From assembly GCA_964019335.1 (NCBI GenBank), contig OZ025691.1:434001-498000 (forward strand): a DNA stretch of 64,000 nt, given 5' to 3'. The DNA comes from Diplonema japonicum. Taxonomy: Eukaryota; Protista; Euglenozoa: Diplonemea. The notes beneath the pieces are model-generated. The model had not been told where the DNA came from and did not search any database. It was given only the letters and a program-made list of their open reading frames with translations. Of the stretch, positions 56,101-64,000 are shown piece by piece; the stretch's first letter is position 1, and every line of letters starts with the position of its first letter. Made by a program: the position numbers and the translations under genes.

Positions 56101-57396
56101 GATGTGCTGAGTCTGCTCTTCAACGAGGAGCTCGGTGTGGCGCTGCAAGTGCGCGCCTCCGACATCGACACCGTGAAGGAAATCTTTGTGAGCAGTGGTC
56201 TGGACGCGAAGCACGTTGCTGTGCTCGGTAAGGTCACCAAGGAGCAGCGCGTCATCCTGAGGACCAGCCAGGGTGTTGCCGTGGACAGAAAGCGTGTGGA
56301 GCTCCACCGCATTTGGGCCGAGACTTCCTACCGCATGCAGGCCATGCGTGATAACGCTGAGTGCGCCAAGCAGGAGTTTGACGTCATCCTCGATGAAGAA
56401 GACCCTGGTTTGAGCTCAAAGCTCACCTTCGACATCCCCAAGCCCATGCCAATTGTTGACAACGCACCTTCTGTGGCCATTCTCAGGGAGCAGGGTGTGA
56501 ACGGGCACGTCGAGATGGCGTGGGCCTTCAGGAGTGCAGGCTTCAGGGTGCATGACGTGCACATGTCGGATGTCCTGACTGGTGCCACGGTATGTTTTTG
56601 GGTCTGGTACTTTACACACCTGACAGACTCTTGATAAATTCCGCGGTGTTGTGTCCTGCGGTGGCTTCTCGTATGGCGACACCCTGGGCGCGGGCAGAGG
56701 GTGGGCGAGCACCATCAAGGGGAACCCGCAGGCCCTCACCCAGTTCAAGACGTTTTTCCACCGACCGGACACATTCGCTTTGGGGGTATGTTTCACTTCA
56801 CAGCAAAACAAATTGAACTTTAACAGATCTGCAACGGGTGCCAGATGCTTGGCTCGCTGTGGGACCTCGTCCCCGGGGCGGCTGAGTGGCCTACTTTCAC
56901 GTACAACGAGTCCACGCAGGTATGATGATGGTTGTCTATTTCATTCAACTTTTCACAGTTCGAGGCGCGTGTGTCAATGGTGAAGGTGCAGGGCAGCAAG
57001 TCTGTCTTCTTCAACGAGATGGAGGGGTCTGTGATACCTGTTGCTGTGTCGCATGGTGAAGGGCGTGCTGAGTTCAGGTCGGAGGCAGACCAAAAGGCAT
57101 GCGCCGTGCCGCTCAGATACGTAGACACCAGGGGGCAGACTGCCAAGACCTTCCCCTACAACCCCAACGGCTCCCCGGAGGGTATCGCAGGTGTGTGCAG
57201 CGCAGACGGTCGTGTGACTGCACTGATGCCTCACCCTGAGAGAGTGCTTCGTACATTCTGCAACAGCTGGACCCCTGACCATGAGGCCGAGTCTGAGAAC
57301 AAATGGGGTGACTACAGCCCTTGGCTTCAGGTATTCCCACCACAACACACCAACTCACAACAGATGTTCGTGAACGCGAGGAAATGGTGCAACTGA
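53185..57396 (+). CDS. purL: Phosphoribosylformylglycinamidine synthase (large single-chain PurL/ADE6/PFAS)
   Basis: [38 protein letters not shown] (catalytic Cys restored by splicing), MPHPER. Nine introns: 54823-54856, 54919-54956, 55065-55098, 55348-55380, 55672-55703, 56590-56626, 56786-56826, 56920-56958, 57331-57363. Confidence 0.97.
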
Positions 57397-57762
57397 GCAC
57401 AGCCAAGGATCTAGGAAGGGCTCAGTCTCAAGCGCAATGTTAACATGTGCTGGCTTGGCTGTGTTCTCCCTGCAAGCCTATTTTTTTCCGCCGTCATTTC
57501 CGTCTATCATCAGTGTAGCGAGATCGCCCCGTAAGGGCCGTTGTTTGTTTTACTTTGCTTCCTTTTTTCCTATATATTTTTTCTCCTTTTTACGATTAGT
57601 AAGGCACGACTGTGGGTAGCAGGATGCGCCCAAAAGGGAGTATCAAGACGCTCTGCGGTGGGCTTGCTAGTTTCCATCATAGTGAATTGCCGTTTGTCAT
57701 TTTCATCGTGAGTGACACCTAATCTTCTTGCTTTTTTACCTGGCATCTACTTATTTCAGGTG

Positions 57763-59069
57763 ATGAGATGGCGATTTGCATGTTTAGCCATCTTCGTGAT
57801 GAGCGCCGCTCTGGTGCAGCTGCATGAAGTGCTGCTGCCACGGATCGACACATCCACACGACACATAGCAAGGCAGCGATGTAACAGCACTATGTGCAGC
57901 AAGACGGCTTACGTGCAGGGAGGCAATGCTGTGAAGATATTGATCAACAGCGGCAGGTGGTCCGAGACGCGCGAAGAGCAAGATGCGACATTGATATGGC
58001 TGAGGAATGCTGGCAACTACCGCATACAGAACACGCAGATCTACAACAAGCTCCCCACCTCTCTCCCTATCGCGGACAAGTCTTACCTGTATAAGTACAT
58101 ACATGGGTATGAGACTGCGAAGAACATCACGACCACTCCCCTGCCTTTCACGATTCCCTTGTTCAGCGTCGACGAGATGAACGCTTTAGGGAAGGCCGCG
58201 TCCTCAATGCCTGGGTTGTGGATCGTGAAGCAGACAAGCGAGAGTATGGGCAAGGGAATCATCATTGTCGACGACATGCCACTGTGGGTGCGGACGCCAG
58301 CCTTCTCGAACATAGCGATCAAGGTACAAAAAGGGCAGCGTTACGTTTGCCAGAAGTACATCACAAACCCACTACTGCTGGAGGGGAGGAAGAGTGAAGT
58401 GAGGCTGTACTGGGCGGTGTTGTCACTGGACCCGCTCATAGCGGTGGTGTTCAACGAGGGACAGGTTCGGCTGAACAGCATGCAGTACAGAAACGACTCG
58501 TTCAACGACCCGAGGATTCATTTGACAAATGCGCACCAGCAGGAAAAGCACCCGGAATACAAAAAGATGATGAGGAGTGGGAAACTCAAGTGGACACTGC
58601 GACAGTGGAAGAATTATCTTAGCAGTGAGTATAATCTGAATGAAGAAGGCGCACAGAAATTGGTAGACCGCATGAAGTGGTCGCTGGTTCGAGCTGTGAA
58701 CGCAACAAGCACGAAGCTGATGCAGAAAGAGGGCACCAGCGAAGAAGAGTCAAGGGGGAGGTTTGAAGTCTTTGGTGCCGACTTCATCGTCACATCGAAC
58801 TTCACTGTGATGCTAACGGAAGTCCAGCAGGGCCCCGGCCTGTCGCACGCGGACCCTGTCAAGGCAAAGATCATCCATGAGGCCGTCACCGGCGCTGTCG
58901 AAATGGCCTACGACTTGATGCATCTGCGTTACACCAACCAGCCTCTGACAAACCTCTCACTCCAACCGGACTACGAGGTATCATCACAAAACATAACACA
59001 ACAACAACACCACAGTACTTGGTAAATGAAGCAGTAGACCCTCCTTTTTACTTCGACAGTTTTCATTAG
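57763..59069 (+). CDS. Tubulin-tyrosine-ligase-like (TTL family ATP-grasp) protein with N-terminal hydrophobic anchor
   Basis: WIVK....SMGKGI, QKYI.NPLLL.GRK..VR.Y, HLTN, FEVFG.DF, LTEVQ. Intron 58978-59015. An alternative upstream start at 57624 via intron 57708-57759 is possible. Confidence 0.85.
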
Positions 59070-59122
59070 CCTGCTGAACAGCATTGCGCACTAGCAAAAG
59101 CAAAGCCACCTTAGCATGGAAA

Positions 59123-59595
59123 ATGGGAGTTTATGAATGTTACACGGGCGACAAGGAGTGCAGCAAGTATGACAGCTTTGTTTATTTTTTTCACCTTTTT
59201 TTTTAGAACAAAGTTGCGGGTGCTTCAGAAACAGGAGCCTGACATCGAATGTGTGGTGGACCCGGAGTGGGATGCGTACGACCCGAGGGTGGTAGGCGCA
59301 GCACTGCGACAGGGAGGGTGTAGGTTTTTGGTACTTCGGCCAGCGGGAAATGCTGAGGATCAGCTTGCGATAGAGAAGACGAAGGCTGCCATCCAAGCAC
59401 GCCAGCCACCTGAAAACCCGCAGACGGTATGACTTGTACCCCTTTGAACCAATTCTACAGAAAGCGGATGTAACTGCTTCCGTAGCGGAAACAGGACTGC
59501 GGTTTATTCAACAGTACCTTGTCGCACCATTGTCTTGCAGGCAGGTTTTGAACGCGCAGTTTAAGCCACCTGAACGGCCGATGGGGAGACGTTAG
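59123..59595 (+). CDS. Hypothetical protein (~130 aa)
   Basis: Three exons joined in frame by GTATG introns 59167-59206 and 59427-59460; fills the gap between two neighbours. Confidence 0.6.
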
Positions 59596-59643
59596 TGAGT
59601 ATCATAGCCTGCACCTGCCAGCCACCACAGGATCATAGTTAAG

Positions 59644-61980
59644 ATGATACGGCATCGATTGAAGGTGGTAGTGGGACGCCAGGTGAGGCTTTTTGGAGAG
59701 AATGTAAGGGAGGCAAAAGGAGGAATGGGTTGGGTTGAGGAGCCGGGTGACACCGCCATCGGATCGAAGGCGAGGAATTTCAGAGGGCAGGCGAACCTGC
59801 CAACTGCGACGGAAGGGCGAGTAATTGAGCTGCAGGACTCGGAAGTAAGGAAGAAGGTTGTAGTATCGCAGGATCACCCTGACATGGTGCTGACCAGGAT
59901 GGACTTGGACCAAGGATATTTCTTTCAAGAAGAGGATGAGATAGGGCACCCGCCTATTCCTAACGAGCTGGTGGAAAGCTCTCTCAGCGGTACAGACATG
60001 CGACACGCTGCTGCAGGTGAGTACCTCGTCCCGCAGGAATGGGAAGAGCTGGGAGTGTCATCCGAGATGCAGCAGATTGCCAAGGATTGGATCGGGACAA
60101 AACCCTCGACCATCCAGAAGGACATCATCCCAGCAATGCTGAAGCTCAAAGACCGCGACATCATCTACTCCTCTGTGACAGGGTCTGGGAAGACCATGGC
60201 ATACATCCTTGCGCTGCTGCAGCTCGTCTCGGAAGAAGAGAGGGGTATTAGTCTAGTACTGGTGCCATCAAGGGAACTTGCGCTTCAGGTTTATTCGCAC
60301 TGCCTGCGGTGGAGCGAAAAAGGCGCAAAATTCAACAGAAACGACAAAGAATGGCTGCAAATCCACTTGCAGGACCCTAATGAGGACATGCAGCGGCTTC
60401 ATGATGATTACAAACGGCTGCAGAGCACTTGGTACGGCGGTGCACGGGTTGTGATTGCCCAGCCTGAAAGGTGGGCGGACTACTTGCTGCACTGGAGGCT
60501 GACCGTCCCCATCAGGCGCGTCGTCATCGACGAGGCTTTCACATGCTTCGACCCCATCGATGCCACGAAGGCCCCGCTTTCAAAGCGACAACACAGGGAC
60601 ATCAACCCCAACCCTACTGATATTATAATGTCATACTACTTAGCTTTCCCTGCCTTCAAGACACTCATGCGTGCACAAGTGATTTTGCTGACCGCTACAT
60701 TCACTGAGGCACTTCAAAAGCATGTTGTAAGGTACCTGAAGGCGAACCAGTGGACACATCTCACAACACGTCAGCTCATTCCCCCTCACATCGAGTACTC
60801 CTTCTTGCCCGTGCCTGAGGATAGGCTGGTCTCTACCTTCCTCAGTACAGCCTTTGAGATGAACCCTTCTCGTGCTGTGGTGTTCGTTGACGACGACGAA
60901 TCCATCGAACGTGTCTACGAGAACATGGTGGAGGCTGGAATGAATGTCAGAATGTTCGATCTGGGGGATGGGAAGCTGCCGCCCTTCCAGGACTACTCGT
61001 GGCAGTATCTGCTGCTAAGAGAGCAGGTGGCCTACGGTCTGGACATCAAAAACGTGAGCCATGTGTTCATCACGCACTGCCCTTCCTCGATGGAGGCGTT
61101 CTGCCACATGGCAGGGCGGACAGGCAGGTTTGGCAACATGGGGAAGGTAGTGAGCTTCATAGAAAACACGGACAAGCTACAGTGGCACGCACAGATGCAC
61201 TTGCTTGATATCAAGATTGGGTCTGAAAACGGTGCTGACATCGAAGAGGAGGTGACGAACGAGATAGCATTGATGGCAGAAGAGGAGCAGAGGTCTGCAC
61301 TTGTCGAGAACGAGATACGGATCAGTAACCGTGTCATGAAGAAGAAGAAACTGTTGTACACACTTGCGAGGCAGAAAGGAGAGCTATGGAAAGCGGAGGC
61401 CCCTGTGGGGTCCATAGCACGTGTGCTGGAGGAGAATGTGCAGGCCACTCCGGTGGGGTCGATGGCACCTGATGAGATCGATGCATGGAGGGAGGAGCAA
61501 AGGAGGGAGTTTCAAAGAGTCGCAGGGCAACACGAAATAGTGGTGCACAGCGAACGTCGTCTTCAATATAAGGAAATGAACATCGACCCCTTGGAACGCT
61601 ACGGGCTCGCAAAGGGATTCAAGCACGTCAATAATTTCAAAGGACTGAAGAAGCGGTACGAGAAGAGCGTCAAGTTGACTCGAAGCAAATTTTCCATAGT
61701 GAGGGAATGGTCGAACAAGAGGCTTATGGCCAACTTCAACACAGTCCAGCTGGCGCCTGATGGCTCCGACCCCAGCCCTACAATGCCCCCCGTCTCCCGC
61801 AAGATTAGCAACGATGGGAGCTACAAAAAATGGGCAAACTTCCGTGACCTCCCGCCTTACCCTGGGTACCAGGTACTGAAGCACGAGGGGAGGTTTGACC
61901 ACGATGCCTTCGAAGAAGATGCGAAGAAATACGATGCGAGCACAGAGGACGTCCAGCACATGAGGTCTATTAAGGAGTGA
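59644..61980 (+). CDS. Divergent DEAD-box-type RNA helicase, probably mitochondrial
   Basis: Q motif KPSTIQ, TGSGKT, PSRELA, DEAF, TAT, YGLD, HMAGRTGR; Arg-rich N-terminus. Confidence 0.8.
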   Translation: MIRHRLKVVVGRQVRLFGENVREAKGGMGWVEEPGDTAIGSKARNFRGQANLPTATEGRVIELQDSEVRKKVVVSQDHPDMVLTRMDLDQGYFFQEEDEIGHPPIPNELVESSLSGTDMRHAAAGEYLVPQEWEELGVSSEMQQIAKDWIGTKPSTIQKDIIPAMLKLKDRDIIYSSVTGSGKTMAYILALLQLVSEEERGISLVLVPSRELALQVYSHCLRWSEKGAKFNRNDKEWLQIHLQDPNEDMQRLHDDYKRLQSTWYGGARVVIAQPERWADYLLHWRLTVPIRRVVIDEAFTCFDPIDATKAPLSKRQHRDINPNPTDIIMSYYLAFPAFKTLMRAQVILLTATFTEALQKHVVRYLKANQWTHLTTRQLIPPHIEYSFLPVPEDRLVSTFLSTAFEMNPSRAVVFVDDDESIERVYENMVEAGMNVRMFDLGDGKLPPFQDYSWQYLLLREQVAYGLDIKNVSHVFITHCPSSMEAFCHMAGRTGRFGNMGKVVSFIENTDKLQWHAQMHLLDIKIGSENGADIEEEVTNEIALMAEEEQRSALVENEIRISNRVMKKKKLLYTLARQKGELWKAEAPVGSIARVLEENVQATPVGSMAPDEIDAWREEQRREFQRVAGQHEIVVHSERRLQYKEMNIDPLERYGLAKGFKHVNNFKGLKKRYEKSVKLTRSKFSIVREWSNKRLMANFNTVQLAPDGSDPSPTMPPVSRKISNDGSYKKWANFRDLPPYPGYQVLKHEGRFDHDAFEEDAKKYDASTEDVQHMRSIKE

Positions 61981-62022
61981 TCAGACTGACTTTATTGTTT
62001 TCTTCTTCTTTTAGTTCTTCTT

Positions 62023-63048
62023 ATGTTTAATCTGCCTCCAGTAGCCAACATGGAGCCTCTGCATGTGAAGACGCCGTATCAGAAATCTGATGTGTTGAGT
62101 AAGTGCGGTCCGGAGGTGTACATGAAGCTCGATCTTCTGCAGGCATCTGGGTCGTTCAAGGACAGGGGCATGTTGAGACTCTGCCAGGAGCACAAGAAGA
62201 ATGGTGTCACAAAGCTGGTGTCATCAAGCGGTGGGAATGCCGGTCTCGCAGTGGCCTACAGTGGGAAGCGTCTTGGTCTGAAGGCGCACGTTGTGGTGCC
62301 CACCACCACGAAGCGAATCATGGTGGAAAAGATCATTGCGATGGGCGCCACGGCACAGATACACGGCGAGAACTGGAATGCGGCGGATGAGCTTGCGAGG
62401 AAGCTGGCGACAGAGCCAGGAACGGCCTACTGCCATCCCTTCGACCACCCAATGGTGTGGACAGGACACTCTTCCATCATAGATGAGATAAAGGAGCAGG
62501 GCCCAAAGCCTGACGCTATTATCTGCGCAGTGGGTGGTGGTGGGCTTATGGCCGGGCTGCTGGAAGGGCTAAAAAGGAACGGGTGGGATGACGTGGAAGT
62601 ACTCGCCGTTGAGGCGAAGGGCGCGGAGTCTCTCCATAAGGCGATGGAGGCTGGTAAGCTTGTGGCCCTGCCTGCCATCACATCTATTTGCACCTCGATG
62701 GGGGCTCTGAAGGTCGCCGAAGGGTGTTTCGAACGTGCGAAGGAAGGAAAGGTGTCCTCTGTTGTGGTGGAAGACAAGCAAGCGGTGGCGGCACTGCTTA
62801 GCTTTGCAGACGATCATAGGTATGTCCTGCTTTGGGGCGCGCAATGCAAACAGGATGCTGGTGGAGCCGTCCTGTGCGGCATCACTGTCGTTGTGCTACG
62901 ATGCTGATCTGCGGGAGCATGTCAAAAAGTACAACACCATTGCTGTGGTATGATTTGTTGTTTAAGTGACATACGACAGATTGTGTGTGGCGGCAGTGCG
63001 TGCACAATGGAGCTCATCCAGAAATGGAAAACCGACTTCGATCTCTAA
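62023..63048 (+). CDS. L-serine/threonine dehydratase (SDS/SDSL type, PLP-dependent)
   Basis: SGSFKDRG, SSSGGNAG, HPFDHP..W.GH, VGGGGL. Introns 62820-62853 and 62948-62979 restore RMLVEP.C and IVCGG. Confidence 0.92.
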
Positions 63049-63529
63049 GCCGGGTAAGTAGTGCCGAGTGCCGCTATTGTGTCTTACTAAAAGAGACGGC
63101 GAGGAGGAGGGGAGGAAAGAATGAAGATCCTGGAAACGAACCGCCATGCACGTGGCCGCTTCATGCCTTTGCGTTGTTCGCTCGAACGGACCATGCCAAG
63201 TGGCCCTCTGGCTGCTTTCGTCATCCACATACTTTGTTTCATTTGTTCGCCCCCCCATTTTTATTTCCCCCTGAACACTCCTGATTGTAAGCTGAGGTCC
63301 GTTGCTGTCTTTTTTTTTTTTTGTGTGTGGTACAATTAAAAACAGTGCGAAATACAAAATTTGGGCATTTCTTTTTAGATTAGGTCCCCTGCCGTAGCAT
63401 GATTTTCTTTTTTGTTTTTTTTCGAAAAGCCACCAGGTTCTGAGTAGCTTCCGTACCCTCGGTCAAAACGGCGTCCTGTTGAATTCTGTTTTTCAAAGGG
63501 AAAAAAAAAAAAAGAACTTATGTTTCGCG

Positions 63530-64000
63530 ATGAGTAATGCAACCAGCAACGCTTATGATCAGCTCCATCTACATTGGTTCGACTATGCGAGTGCAGTGGT
63601 ATGGTTCTCCTTTTTTTTAAGATCTTTTTTCCAGGTTGTGTTTATCTTAGCAGTGGGGATTACCGTGAAGTCGTGGAGGGGGCAAGAAAACAATGTGTAC
63701 TCGTACTTCTTGGGGGGGCGGACGGCGCCATGGTGGGTTGTGGGGTTCTCCCTGTTCAGCTACGGAACGGGTGTAGAGTACGCGATGGGGATGACAAAAG
63801 CAGGGTACACAGACGGCATTGCTGCCGGCATCTTCATGTGGGGCTCGATACCACCTCTCCTTGGGCTGGCGTACTTCTTCCTTAAGGAGTACCGCGAGCT
63901 GGACATCATTACACTCCCCACGTTCCTCTTCAAACCTTTCGACGGCACAACGCGACTCATCTTCTCCATCTTCACGCTCCTCTTGTCTGTGATGCGGATT
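63530..64000 (+). CDS. Sodium:solute symporter (SSS) family transporter, 3'-partial; not in the ORF track
   Basis: ATG 63530 and intron 63599-63634, then YFLGGRTAPWWVVGFSLFS...G...GIAAG..W and I.TLPTFL, typical of the SSS N-terminus. Confidence 0.85.
   Translation, partial: MSNATSNAYDQLHLHWFDYASAVVWFSFFLRSFFQVVFILAVGITVKSWRGQENNVYSYFLGGRTAPWWVVGFSLFSYGTGVEYAMGMTKAGYTDGIAAGIFMWGSIPPLLGLAYFFLKEYRELDIITLPTFLFKPFDGTTRLIFSIFTLLLSVMRI

Noticed and set aside
54823-57363. Apparent frameshifts or pseudogenisation in purL, ESF1, TRM7, RIO1 and SDS
   Set aside because: All are resolved by canonical GT-AG mini-introns that restore conserved motifs.
2090-61959. Long minus-strand ORFs (e.g. 2090-2773, 24071-24910, 49356-50168)
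   Set aside because: They are antisense shadows of well-supported + strand genes, with no independent motifs.
63121-63339. 72-aa ORF or SECIS-like ATGAAG...CTTCAT hairpin after the dehydratase gene
   Set aside because: No protein features, no GA quartet geometry, and no upstream Sec codon.

Overview
Eukaryotic protist nuclear DNA, most likely a euglenozoan and probably a diplonemid. This is inferred from the single-strand gene array, cis-introns, a de novo purine gene, MRR-type mitochondrial presequences and EGF/multi-TM surface-protein architecture. I reconstructed about 29 host protein genes, all on the + strand, many separated by only 40-140 nt. They are split by about 44 canonical mini-introns of 31-54 nt (mostly GTATG...CAG, often A/C-rich with no pyrimidine tract) plus one 774-nt intron; intron positions are skewed towards the 3' ends of genes. 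Recognisable products are a LicD-family transferase, RIO1, an actin-fold fusion protein, mitochondrial uS11, an RNF170-like E3, a JmjC protein, TPR-DnaJ, a cytochrome b5-P-loop kinase fusion, an LRR/Sfi1-like protein, ESF1, TRM7, two RRM proteins, PurL/PFAS, a signal-anchored TTLL, a DExD-like helicase, serine dehydratase and an SSS transporter. The most unusual element is an apparently intact 6.6-kb APE-type non-LTR retrotransposon (23376-~30020). Its ORF2 begins with an OTU cysteine protease, and ORF1 and ORF2 are in the same frame, separated by one UGA and a ubiquitin-tail-like WRGG motif, which suggests a readthrough and self-cleavage polyprotein strategy. The second is an F-box protein fused to a catalytically dead dynein heavy-chain linker/AAA1 module. 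All gene models and homologies are from manual reading; no searches were run.
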